DNA from: Gonapodya sp. JEL0774
Taxonomy: Eukaryota
NCBI GenBank assembly: GCA_027604505.1
Contig: JADIIX010000140.1
Location: 1 to 58,036 of the forward strand
Length of the DNA stretch: 58,036 nucleotides
Direction of reading: 5' to 3'
Below are positions 1-12,785 of the stretch, in pieces; position 1 is the first letter of the stretch, and each line of letters begins with the position of its first letter. The notes under the pieces were generated by a model. It had not been told where the DNA came from. It did no database searches and saw only the letters and a list, made by a program, of their open reading frames with translations. Both the position numbers and the translations under genes were made by a program.

Positions 1-99
1 GCCCAGGGCGGTGTCCTCCCCAACATCCACTCTGTTCTCCTCCCCAAGAAGACCCCCGGCATTCTCCCGGGCGGCAAACCTGGCAAGGGTGACGCTTAA
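1..99 (+). CDS. H2A: Histone H2A, C-terminal end (5' part outside window)
   Basis: Frame 1 reads AQGGVLPNIHSVLLPKKTPGILPGGKPGKGDA then TAA at 97-99. AQGGVLPNI..LLPKK is the H2A docking-domain signature. Confidence 0.97.
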   Translation, partial: AQGGVLPNIHSVLLPKKTPGILPGGKPGKGDA

Positions 100-171
100 G
101 CGCCTTCCTCTTCCTGAGATTGATAAGGATTGATACAGTCGGGTGGAGAAACCAGCCCGCTGCTTGCAGAT

Positions 172-195
172 AACGGAATTTTTAAATTCCACCTC
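172..195 (+). promoter_or_regulatory. Histone 3'-UTR stem-loop-like element
   Basis: AAC-GGAATT(175-180)-TTTA(181-184)-AATTCC(185-190)-ACCTC, about 75 nt after the H2A stop. Perfect 6-bp stem, 4-nt UUUN loop, GG/CC base, U-A closing pair, AAC and ACC flanks. Confidence 0.75.
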
Positions 196-329
196 CTTTT
201 TAAATGCAATACGATTTTGAGTACCCTCATTTTGTTCCTCGTTCATATGTACTAGTGCACTTCATTGCAGAAAATACGTTCGGTGAATCCTATCAATATG
301 AACCCATGTACTTCTGCAATTAATTAACT

Positions 330-1900
330 ATTTGCTTCCACTTCGTGTACTCTTCGTGTGCAGCAAATGCCCTGTGGTGCCTTGTGAAACCTTGGGTCAT
401 GCGCGCTCCATGCCTTTAGCATACCAAACTACTGATCTGATGACCTTGGGCCTATCAGCTTTCACCAATCCCAACACCTCACAACACATTTGCGCGGCGG
501 CTTTGAACAACTCCCAGCGTGGCCTTGCAAATAAAAGGCGACACTAACTATCCACACCACGCGTCCAGCGCCTTGTCTGAAAGGTGCTTCAGCGAATGCA
601 GGTGATCTCACGCAGGCTGCTTTGACGGCTGCACTGGAACAACAAATTGCAAAATTTAATTATTGCACATTTGACATTGCATTTGTGTGATGCCACAAAA
701 TCCTGTCTCCACTTTGACATGTGACTGTGATGACTCTTGAAAAGCACGATGACTCACACGCGGCTTTGGGGGGCCGATGAATTATAAATACCTGCAGAAA
801 TTCATTCGAACCAGAAATGCTTGCAACATCTGAATATACGCATCCAACTGAGTCCAAAGACACAGAAGGTCCCAAAACTGTGGTGCTGGCTTTGTAAGTC
901 CGCAGTGTCTGCCGGTGCTTTGATTATGTACAACCTCATCACAACCCGTGGGAGTGCAGAAGCCTTAAAGCAGAACATCATCCTGACGATCCCGCAGATC
1001 ACGCTGGTACGAAATACCGGGCAGTAAGGGTACCTTCCCCGGACGATCGTCCCCTCTACGTTAGGGAGCCTGAGGTATGTATGATTCTTAAAGAAGTCTC
1101 CGGCATTGGTTGTTCCATTTTGACATCGACTACTATTGCCCAAAATACAAGGTGGTCTTTCATGCTGCGATCCAGCATCTGAACAAAGGGGATACGCTCG
1201 TTCTGTACAACGCACAAAAAGTATCCGGGCTGAGTGAGTAGCGAATTCACCCTTATTTAGTTTCAATGTTACATCAGATCACGATTCATGACTTTTTCAC
1301 ACAATCACAGCCCACACAGGCGATGATGCCGACCACGAGTGAGTGCAGCCATTTCTCTTGCCCGTTTTGATCATTACAATACATGCCTTCGCTTAAATAC
1401 ACGCCTTCGCTTAAATCCCCAGTCTATTTGAAGATAAGCAACGTCTCCGAGCTGTCGCTGAAGTTCTCAAGAAAGATATGACACAGGACCTTGCGGAGGT
1501 AAGTTGGTGATTGAAGGTGGAGTCGGGGGAGAGCTATGAAATTGATTGATCTGACCTAAATACCAAAGTCTATCAACTTCCAAGTTGATGCAAGTGTTGT
1601 ACCTCACGTAGCCACCGGAATACTCAGGTGAGTTTTGCCCTCTGCGTCCTCTTTCATGATCTGCAACCTCACCATGTTCAACTTGAACCAGATCGGTCAT
1701 ATCCAACTCTGCCTCGCTCCTCATCCTGCACGGTAAAGCCATTCGAAAAGGACATGGTAGAATTCTGGAAGAAGTGCTTGCTGCGTGTCCCCAAGGCACC
1801 GATGTGGTAGAGGTTCGGGGTGATGGGAAGTGCGTGCGGTGGTCGAAGAAAGCTTGAAAAAATTGTAGTTGTTTGAAAGCATATGCTTGATATTGTAGAT
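330..1900 (+). mobile_element. Possible decayed non-LTR (L1/Tx1-like) retrotransposon relic
   Basis: AT-richer region with broken frames. Fragments PKLWCW (~871-890) and LLPKIQGGLS (~1133-1162) resemble the SKLWY and LPKxxGGLG motifs of L1-type ORF2. Many stops. Confidence 0.3.
1381..1416 (+). repeat. 18-bp tandem duplication
   Basis: acatgccttcgcttaaat followed directly by acacgccttcgcttaaat (1 mismatch). Confidence 0.8.
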
Positions 1901-2247
1901 ATTCTTGGTTTGTGGAGTAATAATGATGGAATTTTGGTGTGAGAATTTTGTCCCTTGACCACTGCACCTCCAACAATTCAATCAATGTAGCATCAACTAC
2001 AATTCTAAGGACGAAATACCAATATGTTTAGCATTCTATCAGATGATCGAAACTCCGATGTGTGATGATTGATTGATGATGCCATGGTTCAGAGGGGATC
2101 CCATCTCTCCCAAATGTTCCCCGACGACGAGTAACGACTCCAATCATCCAGATTCTGCAAGTGAACATTCGAATTTCGAGTGAAAACGCGATTACGCAAC
2201 CTGCGGGAGTTGTTGAACACACCACGACACACTCTTCCACGGTCATT

Positions 2248-5200
2248 TCAACACCTTGTATCCACCGTCACCGCAACCGCCCCCGCGGGCAACCCATTCG
2301 CACTACCGTTCGCCGCACTCCTCTTCCTTGCTTCTCCCTGTCCCAACCCCGCAGAAATGTTCCTCACCCTCCTCCCTGTCACCTCCACCACTTCGCCCCC
2401 GGAAACCGCCACAGTTCCCGCACGACCGATATCCACCTCAACCTCTCCATCGTCCCACCCAAACACCCCCCCGCGGCGACTGGGCTCATCCGCGCAAGGA
2501 TCTCGCGCGGGTGGACCGACATGCAAGGGCGTGAGGGACAGCGCGATGGTTTCAGGTCTCGTAGGCACCCTGACGCGAACCTGAGCCGGGGTGGATGGAG
2601 ATCCCGGAAGAGTACCGGATACGGACACGGACACGGGCTCGCACGGTTCGAGCGGCGAAGCGGTGTCGACATTCATGGCGGCGATGGCGGCGAGGGAATC
2701 GTGGTGGGGGAGGCGGGGGCCTGAGTTGCCAGCGCCCCATTTGCCAGAGTGTTTTTCGGGTTCGGCGGAGTGGTGCCAGTGGTACCTTGTGGAGCACAGA
2801 GGTGGGACGTCGCAATGGGACATTTTTCAGGGTGTTGCATTTAACACTCAAACCATCATCAGTGTTCGCTTCCGAAGGCATCCTCAACTCACATGAAGTA
2901 CTCAGACCCTCCAATCAACAAACCACCCCCGATAATGTTTCCCAGTACCACCGCGGACTGGTTGTACCAGAACCCCGCCCACCTGGAAGTGGCCGAAATC
3001 GCGGTTCGAACACCAATCACAAGTGTGTGCCATGAGGGAGGGGGACGGAGTCGAGGAAATAAAAATAGGGATAAAGAAAGCGATGAAAGGCCGTGTCAGC
3101 TCTGGCCAAACGCTGGTATTGAACAACTACCGCTCAACACAACCACGGCAAACACCATAGCAACGCCCCCATCCTCCATCCAACACAAATAGGAGACACG
3201 TACGACACATTGGCCCCGTAATAGATCGAAATCGGGATGAACATCATGTTGGCGACGCAGTGTTCGTAGCCGATCACGGCGAAAGTGACCTGTCAGGTGC
3301 GAGTATGGAGAATGCGGTAGCAAGGGTTCGCGAAAGCGAAAGGGGAGCGAGGGTTACCGAAAATATGTGAGACGGCACGGTGAAGTGTCAGTTCGTTCCG
3401 GCGCACGCTTGTGCTTGTGATGGGGTGCATATTGCAAAACTCACTATCGGACTGAGAAAGGACCCACAAGTGCATCGACGGAGCCACACGAATACGGGAC
3501 GATGGCGATGGCGAGTCATGTAGAAGAGGGGGAAGGGTGCACAAGAGCACGCACGCGCAAGTTAGATCGGGTCCGTCCCCATTTCCACAATGGACCGAAC
3601 GTTAAATAAAAACAGTCCCGCTTGCCACAGCTGGCACCATCCCACGCCGCTTGCGTCACTCACATCCACATGGCGACGATCTTCCCCGTCACATCTCGAG
3701 CGGCCAGTCCGAGGAATATGGAGAGACACACGAGGGCGTTGGCGGGTATGCCGCGGAGGAAGAGGACGTGCCAGGGGAGGGTAGTCTGGTGTCGAAGGGG
3801 AAGAAAGCGGCGAAGCCGGCACGGGTGGTGGATCGGTGCGCAAAGTATAAGTATATTAGTCGAGTTGACGAGCATTCAACATTTATGGACTGCGCCGCAA
3901 AGGGAACCGCTCCGGCCCGTCCATCTCACCTTGAGTACCCCAATGGCCGATACGTAGGTCAAGTACGGCTCGTTCTTGAAGATCTCCGTCTGGTAGGCGA
4001 ACAAGTACCCGCACAGAAGACACGCGGCGAGGTTGGAGAGGTACACGAGCAGCCAGTTGCGGAGAAGACCTAGGATGGAGATGCGGCGATTGAGGAGGGA
4101 GACGACGAGGATCACTTTTTGTAGGGCGAAGGAAGACGGGGCAAGGAGGGGGGCAGGATGAGCCGTACGTACGTACTGCACAGACGTAAGCGAGACTGGA
4201 ATACATACTGGTGTTCCCGGTGAAGAGCTCTCCTCCAAAGAGCACGATATAGAAGATCCCGACTGAGCAACCGAGCACCGAGGTCGTGCGCAGAATGGAG
4301 CAACCAAACCCGAGGAGAGGGAGACGGAGCGAAAAAACCAGGAAGCGTACAGTGTTTCGTCAGTCCACCCCACGTTCGTCCCCCCATCACGTTCCCTTAT
4401 CCCCCATGAAACTCACCCGGAAACGTCACCCCCAACAACACCTTGCTCACAGCCGGGTACGCCGCGCGCACCTCCGGCGGTAGCCCGCCGCCGGCCGTAA
4501 GCGCAAACAGGCATCCCTGGGAGACGAAGAAGCCGGCCAGGAGGCCGAGAACTTGGATTAGGAGAGAGCGAGGAGGGCGGTATGAGGATGGGAAATGGAG
4601 AGGGTGCGGGCAGGAGGGCGAAGGAAGGTGAACGTACATATGGTCTTGTCCCACGGTATGTCGTTTTTCTTCACCCCGAGGTTGGCGACGATGGTCTGTG
4701 GTTGGAAAGGGGTGGTGGGAGGTGGTGAGAAAAGTGAGATAAGCGAGTGCAGAGCGCCACCAGCAACAGCGGTGGTATGTGGCGGTGGGTAATATTCGGG
4801 GACAGACATCACAACAGCACACCCCGACCACCACACCACAGCCGACGTGGAAGGCGGGGAGCGGGACGGGCAGGCAGGTAGGCCGGTACACCGGCGCGGT
4901 GGGGAAACGGGGCCCAAGCAGTCCGTTGGCACCACAACCCCGAGTTACGAAGCACCGAGACGCGAGTCAATTCTCGCACCGACCTCGTATGCCCCGCTCG
5001 GATGACGGCGTTTTTGTCCCTCCCCCGGCCCATGGGACATTTTGTGGCCCCCGCGTTCGGTGACACTCCACGTGCCATGCCCGCCGCCTCCAACCTCGAG
5101 ACCCCGGCCGCCCCAACCCACCTCCAACGCCTCCCCCTTATTGATATCGTCGATTTTCCCCTTCTCCCCCCCTGCCTTGTGGCCAAACCCCGCCTCTTCC

Positions 5201-5975
5201 TCGGGCTCCTCGACCAGCACTCCTCCACCGCCGCCACCGCCCGCCGGGTCCGCGAGCAAGTCATCTGGCCAGGACGAGGGGTGGTACGAGGATGCAGAGG
5301 AATGGGAGGGTGTTTGATGGGCGAAGTGTGGGGCGGGGGAGGGGGGGGCTGAGGGGTTGGTGGGGGGCGTGTTCTGGTAGTCCGTGGGGGGTGGGGGGGT
5401 TTTCCAACCGGGGTTGGGGGGGGGGGGGATGGACATGGTGGTGCGGGCGAGGGACGATGAGGAGGGGTGTGGGTGGGGAGTGGAGGAAGAGGGTGAGTGG
5501 TGGGACATATGTGAGACGTGCTGGTGGGAGTGGGAGTGGTGGAGGTGGAGGGGGTCGGACGGGGAAGAGGTAGACGGTGCGGGGGAGTTGGTGTGTGTCC
5601 CGCGGACGAGGTCGACGAGGTGGCGGGATGAGAGCGAGGGGTGGATGTGAGGGGTGGGAAAGGCTGTTGAGTTGGGTTGGTGGTTGATCGACGTAGAGGA
5701 GGACACGACGTGGACAGGGAGGGAAGAGAGCGGGATCGGTGCAGGCTCGAACACGGGCTGCGTGTCTGGAGTCGGCGGTGAAGGCGACGGCGGAGAACTG
5801 GTGGAGAAGTGGACCGGAGCGAGTGAGGGGCGGCGGGGTGTTGGCGATGCGAGCGGGGCGGGAGCGGGGGCGGGGGCGAGGGGGACTGAGGTGTTGGTGT
5901 GGTGCGTTTTATGGTAATAGGAGGGGGGCGCAAAGCGTAAGCGAGTACCCGGGTTTGTTGGGTGCCCATCGACAA
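2248..5975 (-). CDS. Formate/nitrite transporter (FNT family), multi-exon, start approximate
   Basis: Spliced exons give TIVANLGVKK, LAGFFVSQG, GGELFTGN, LLRNWLLVYLSNL, FLRGIPANALVCL, VTFAVIGYEHCVANMMFIP and VLGNIIGGG, all FNT signatures. Long Pro/His-rich N-terminal tail and a C-terminal tail ending at 2248. Confidence 0.92.
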
Positions 5976-6819
5976 GGTGAGTTTCCGTGTACAATCGAGA
6001 GGTGATGTATGGAAGCCAAAGGCACCAAAAACAGCGACGATTTTCGAATGAATTTGGATTCAACAGAATTGGCGTCGAATGAAAATCAAAGACGAATATA
6101 TCAACGAAATTCGAATTGTTTGGTGCGCTAATGCGATGGTAACTTGAGCGAAATGGTCACGTACGCTTTTCTGTGTCTGCGGTGTCGTCCATTTGGGGTG
6201 AGGAGGTTGAAGGAGACAGAGGAGTCTGGAGGCAACGAATGCAGAAAGCACAGAGCTCGAATCAGATGAAAATCAACGCGCAAACTGAGTCATTTTGTGT
6301 TTCGCCGGATCCGCCATCGCCGCCCTCTCGCCCTGTCCCCCGCTGCCGTCGCGGCATGAGCCAGCTCGGGGCCCAGACTGGGGGACGTGGAGCCACTGAC
6401 GTCGGGGAGCGGCAGCCAGCCCGTGGACACGGGGGAACACGCACCGTGAAAGCGAGTTTGACAAGATAAGCGGGATGGCGTCCACGCGTCGCGTCCTCTG
6501 CAGCTCTTCTGTCGCTGTCGCTATCGCTTTTGTCCGCTGTTGCTGCTGACCGCTGTCCGCACCACCGTTGTCCGTTCTGGCTGGGGTGCTTGACTACACG
6601 TTCTCTCGTTTCCTTGTCCGTGCTTAATCGACTTCAATTAAACTTGACCTCCTGTCCGCGTTCGGTCCAATACCCCGTGTTCTAATATAATCGCGTATGC
6701 AGGTTCAAGCGGCTTCCCGGTTCAGCTCCCCTCTCCGCCTGTGACTCACACAATGCCCCGCCTGAGGTGGCAGTCGCAATCGCTCGGCCTTTTTTTATTT
6801 CCGATTCTCTAAATTTCCA

Positions 6820-8140
6820 AGCATTCTTGATGTGATGCTGTGCTTTGTATTGGTGCTTATACCTGTTGTCCTGTATACTTGACTAATAGTCCGCCCGTCC
6901 ATTCTCCATGGCCCAACTCCGTCATGGAACGATTATGTGTGATACAATTCCCTCTGAACCATTTCTCCCGCATCCAAAAAGTCTGTTTGAGTTTCCTTGC
7001 TGGACCGGCCTCCAGCCTAATATACCATAATAATGAAAGCCCCAGGAGTTGCTGCAAACACGTGCCACCGGCCACATGATGACAGGACCGGGCATATCCT
7101 ACTGAAAAAATCGCCATCAATGTCTCCCACCATCCTGTGCACGGCCCACTCGTCGCATCACCGTTCCCTATTTTCTTTTGCGGGATTTCCGTCTGGTGGC
7201 TGCAGATTTCAACTGTTGTTGGTTCAACTGGCACGTCCCAGTCAGCACCCCCCAAAAAGCGATCTTCAGCGTTGCGGAGCATGAGAGCATCCCACCACGA
7301 CCATGATCACTAGCTGGTACCAAGACGTACCACTCTATGCTCCCCCTGTGCACACATACACGTGAAGGGGAGCTGACGTCACCGATGTCCCACCGGCATA
7401 CCCCATTCCTCCATTCCTCCATTTCCACACGGGCACCAACACATTTCCGCTTTTTGTACCAATAATACCCAGCTGGTGTCTCTCCTCCTGTTGCATTTTT
7501 TTTTGACACTACACAGGAGCATCCAGGGTCTTTTGTCAACCCTCGTGTCTCATGCTGTTTCCCAAAGTGTAACACAAATTTTTCTCCCTGAGAGTACTAC
7601 AGGGCACGCAGTAGCTAAAACCTCCCCTGTTCCGTGGTCCAGATGCAGTCAAATACCTTGACTGAACCCCACTTCGTCGTTCACGACCACAGATCACTGA
7701 CCATCGTGTGGTCTGAAATACTAAATGACTTGGGGAACGGGCGAGTGGGGTACTGCCAACACCTTACTTCATTTTGGGCATCATCTGATATGTGGCCGAC
7801 TTTGGCTGCCCTGTTGACTGCCAAGTAGAATTCTAAACGGTTTCTTGCGATGCCCTCCTCTCAGTATCATCCCTCTATCTTTCCCACCCCACCCATTCAC
7901 TTTGTTGGTCCAATCTCCCGCCCTTTCTTGTGAACACTCTGTTGGGTGTCTCAGAATCCTGGTTTACACCTTTGGAATCCAACACTAAGTGCCCAGAGTC
8001 CCCGTTTTGTTAGAGTACATATGGTGGGCCAGAAACCACTTGCGCTTGGGAATGCGATGGGTGTGTACATTCCATGAACTAACGACATATTGCTATTCCA
8101 AATTACCTCGCACTCGCTCCGCCAGAAGCCTCCTTTTCTT
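6820..8140 (+). mobile_element. Possible decayed L1-like LINE 3' relic
   Basis: Broken ORFs. IWWARNHLR (~8019-8045) resembles the IWxxRNxxxF motif of L1 ORF2 C-termini, preceded by a degenerate C..H..W segment (~7625-7720). CpG looks sparse. Confidence 0.3.
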
Positions 8141-11100
8141 TAAAACTCTCCCACTAACCCTGCATGTTGCACCATATAGCAATAATCCTCCCAATGGTCG
8201 AACATGGCCGGATAAGCATTGTTCGCAAGAGGTGTCAGAGGTTCAATTTGGATATACTTGGCTCGTCGGATGAGCGTTTCGATGATAAGGAGGGATTGCG
8301 GGCTAAACGGAGGACAATAGGCGCCGGGGAGTGGGAGGATGGGGTGGACGGAAGGAGAGGTTGAGTGGTCATAAGCAATGGAAGAGTAAGGAGAGGTAGG
8401 AGACGTCGTTCGAGGTGAGGGTGATTTGATTTGGTTCAGAAAAACGATACGCACGATCCATTGTGGACATCAAACCGCATCAAAAAGGATAGAGTAACAC
8501 ACCTCTTATATGGATTCACCGTCTCCTCTAAATGTTTGAGCCATTTGTACATAGTGGAGAAGTTTGGATCCCCCGATCGCATTACAACTTTATCCAAAAT
8601 ACGATCGGCGATGGAGAGAGCTTTGATGCGTACTTGTTCAGAACGGGTGTTATGCCAGATGCGCTGATGCAACAGTGGAGACAGAGAATAGGAGTGTTCC
8701 GATTTGTTTGTCACCAAGGGGGGCAAGAAAACCGTGGAGGTCGGATAGTAGCGACGTCACTTAAATGATGATCAAAACTTCAGTTCCCGATTCTCACGCA
8801 CTACCTACCCTTAGATTGTAAATTGTCTCCTTGGTGACCTCGGGCTCCAACCTACAGCTATGGAACAACCTCTCCATTTCGAATATACTCTGTGGGCGAT
8901 TCTCTGAGGTAAGGTCCTTCATGACTCGAACCAAGTCGGCAGAGGTGTCAATCCAAGGTTGAGTTACAGAAGATGTGAGAATACGGTGGAGTACTTGGCG
9001 ACGGAGAGTCTCGAGTTTCTTGGACTAGAGCGGTGGCGTGACGTGTTTTGGGCACATGATGGCAGTGAGGTTGGCTGATTGCACAGTTAAACACCCGTCC
9101 ATCAAAGAACGATCAACACACCAATATTCCTTTCACGTATTCCTTCTCTCCAACAGGCCCACATCCTATCAACCCCCCGATGATACCAATGAGCTTATCC
9201 TTCTCATCCGCTGAAAACGGATAGAAACGAAAAACCTCTCGTCTGGTAAAGAGAGCAAGATGGTGCCAGATAGGCTTCTGAGTGCTGTGATGTCGAGCGC
9301 TCGATGCGGTGTTAGTGTTCGGGAGAGGTCGGCCTGGAGTAGCTCTGGTGGGATGGGGTGCACGATGGCAGGGGCCGGTGGAGAAGCGAAGTACTGTAGA
9401 GAATCTGAAAACCGGAGTTGCAAAGTTCAGACAGCGACAGTGTTGACAATATTCTTTGGATTTATCACTTACTTCTGCCGCAGAGCCTCTCTCAGCCGGC
9501 CAGTCCCAGAAGAGTCTCCGCCGGCGTCCTTCCTCTCCCTCCCGTACCACACAATCTCGTCCCTTGTAACCACAAGAGCACCCCATGCTGTTGAAACGAG
9601 AACTTCCTTTGCAATGCAAGCAAAAGCATTCGCCTGTTGGCAATGTTTCTACATCTGTCGCATCATGGCAGATGACCTACCTCCATTTCCGCACCCCCGG
9701 TGCTTTGCACAGCAGCAGATGGAGTCGCACCGGCTACAGTGGTTGCCGGCGCCAGCCGCTCCGTGATAGGATCTACCTGCATAAAAACACGTTCCAACAC
9801 TGCAAAAATTTCCGCAGGTGGCGTCGGATCAAAAGGATGTGGTGGGAGGTGAGGTGGCGGCGGTAGAGGAGATGAACTTGTGAGCGGTGCCTGTGAGAGA
9901 GAACGAGGGTCAGAGCAAACCTGCCACCTTTGGCCGGGACGCGACTCACGGCAGACGACTGAGCACCTCCCATCTCACGCGCTAACTGAGCTCTTTCCTC
10001 TTCTTCCCGGGATTGTTTGGCGCGAATGAGCTATGTGCACGATTACCGAGTCACTTGCGAATCTGTTCAGTTGGATGTGCAACGCTGCAACTGACCTCCA
10101 TTACCCCCGTTCTTCCCTCTCCGACATCTACCACCCATGGTGGTTTCGGATTGCCTTCATTTGCCCCAATCGTTGCCATTTCTGCCCTCCCAATCTTTAT
10201 AAGAGCAGGAGCCCAGCTTCCTATCACAGCTGTCAAGTCCCCATTTTGTTTGGGAACAAGACACGCGAGGCGACTAAGGAGTGCCAGGTGGGGGTACAGT
10301 GTTCGAGCGATGGAAGGCGGTGGTGAGTACATCATGAGGTAAGCTGCCACAAGGTGCCTTCAATTTCAGGCAATTTCGGAAAACACAGCTCATGTAGTTT
10401 TGCGCTCACGTTCTAGTAGCTCCATGCCCCGAGTCACTCTTCTCGCTGCATTCGCAGCCTCCTCTACCAACTCCGGGGCAGCGACCGCCGCGACACCAAC
10501 CTCCGCGGTTGTTTTAATCCACGCGAACGCCGCACACCACGCGGCCGTGCGAGTTTGAGAATCGGAAAAAAATTGAGAAGGGTTAATTGCGGCACTTTCC
10601 GAGACGGGCAGGCACGCCAATTTGCGTTTTGCGGCCGGCAGGTCTGAATTTGTTGGTTCAGGTACTTCCGTGGCCAAAAACTCTGTCAGTCTAGCCAACT
10701 CTCTCTTGTCAGTGGTAGCCAACGCAAGAACAACCTCTACTGCCGATGCGCTGTTGGGTCGACCAAGGGAAGAATACACTGCGCCGCCGGGGTGTGGTGG
10801 AAGGAGAGCAAACATGAAGGACAGCAAGACAGAAAAGTAGGGTGGCATCTGCGAAATAGCAGACCGAGGGCATTACTTAGCAGGGCGACGTAACACGTTA
10901 ATGACATCGGCATTGTTTGTGAGTGGCTCACCCGTTGTCCGCTATCCGCAACCGCCCGCTCTGCCTCAGCCACCTCTTTCTCAACACTCCGCCACACATT
11001 GTCGTCGGACATGTCACCTTCGAGCCAAACGAGTGGCAATCGAGCGAGTGCTGCGCATAAACGTGCAAGCGAAGGTGTTGGATCTGATGGGTTCGGAGAG

Positions 11101-12680
11101 ATGGATTCGAGTATCGGACTTTGCAGGGGCGCGGACGGGGTGGGAGTGGACGCGGAAACGGGAAACAGCTCTGGGTGCGACCGCACTGGTGAAGGAAAAC
11201 TTGGTGCTGGACCGATGTTGGAGATTGACGAAATTGTAGTTTTTGCCTGAGCAAATTCTGCGAGCGATGAGATTTCAGCTTCCACTTGAAAACGAGATAT
11301 TTGACCCTCTTCTTCGCCTTTAAAAAGCTGTCTGTGGCCCGGGACGACTGGAGGTTGTTTCGGTTGTTCCCCCAAATGGAGGCCGCCCACAGGGTTGTCG
11401 ACAGGTTGAGAAAGCTGCGATTCCGAGTAGCGATCTTTATCCGCGACTGAAGATTCCGCTTGCTCCACGATCTGCGGCTGTGATGACCCAAACACTGGAG
11501 CGATCATTCGTTGTGTGGGTTTGAGCGATGGAATGAGCAATGCTTGTATGGAACCAGAGCCAAATTTGAGATCAACTGATACCGGACTGGTATCGGTGCT
11601 TTCTTTTCCAGGAGAGTCCCGTAGAAGCGGTAGAGCTCGTTTCACGTCGACGGGGTCGCGCGGGTCGCCGCCTCCTGGGGTGGAAACACTTTCACGCACA
11701 GTCTCAGATTCATTGAGCACAGGTAACTTCATACTGCTTTTTATTGCACGAGGCAACGGGTCAAGTACCACGGGCTTCGCACGAATAGGTTCCATTGAGA
11801 GAGCTGTGAAAGTAGAATTTGATGGAGGATATGGCCCAGATGTTTTCGGAATTGGAGCTGTGGGAATGATAGATTCGGAGACAAGTGGTTCTGAGGATAA
11901 GTTTCCTGGATGTATTGATGGGGGGATGTACGAGGCGGCGGATTCTACCCCTTCTTGGACGTCACGCTTCGGGTGGTCGGTGGAGCCGAAGTTTGGACCC
12001 CGCCATTGCGGCAAGCGACCCACGCTTCCATGGTCCCGCTGTGCTTGCATAAGTCCAGCACCGGCATCCGGCTCGTCACTCGGGTCATTCTCGCCCTCTT
12101 TCATTTCGCTGTGTTCGGCACCTCCACCGTCGCCTCCCATCCGTCCGCCCGGTTCATCCACCACCCACGCTGATGAGCGAGCGCTAGCTTTCCCCGCTTT
12201 CAATTGTGTTTCTGCGGAAGAACCAGTTCCCTCCTTTGGCACAACGGCCAGTTGGACTCCACCAGAAATTGAGCGCCCTGTGACTTCTCTGGACTCCATG
12301 CCGGTCTTGGCATGTGGCTGAGGAACTTTCCTTCCGCGAAGAAGAGCACCAGCTGATGTGGGCCGTGATTGACTGGGTGGATGCGGAGCGACAGGGGAAG
12401 AGACACCGACATCCCCCGGCAACGATGGAGAATAGCGGCCCGCTGCAGCTTCAACGCCTGTATTCTGCCCATCCCTCAATATTTCCGTTATTTCTGCGAT
12501 TCCGGCTCTCCCAAGCTGAGACTGGGTCGTGTTTTCGTCCAATTGACCCCAAGCTCCCCTTGCAGAGCTGGGCGGGCCAATTGAGTTGGTGGGGCCACGG
12601 AGAGCATCACGGTCGCCCCGAGATAGCTCATCCTCGTCAGTCACGGGCAAGGGGTCGGGTGGAAGTGAGCGGCGTGACAT
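8140..12680 (-). CDS. Large multi-exon hypothetical protein: disordered N-terminus then helical domains, possible RhoGAP-like segment
   Basis: 647-aa Ser/Pro-rich ORF 10737-12680, then spliceable exons near 10390-10850, 10050-10350, 9113-9300, 8810-9025 and 8436-8750. LYPHLALLSRL...VIGSWAPALI weakly resembles the RhoGAP C-terminal helices. 3' end uncertain. Confidence 0.6.
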
Positions 12681-12785
12681 GGTGCTTTCGTCTCATGCAA
12701 CTTACTTCGTGTTTATCAAAACAACTTCTATCATACTGCATTATCACATAAGCATCAGATTGGACGTAGTTCTCTATTTTAATAA

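Noticed and set aside
2240..2256. Cys-TGA ending of the FNT gene as possible selenocysteine
   Set aside because: It lies in a disordered tail, FNTs are not redox proteins, and I saw no SECIS-like structure downstream.
6600..6800. Possible Pol III RNA or U2-like sequence (ggttcaag, atcgctcggccttttttt)
   Set aside because: No cloverleaf, and the U2 similarity stops after a few bases. It is more likely part of the FNT upstream region.
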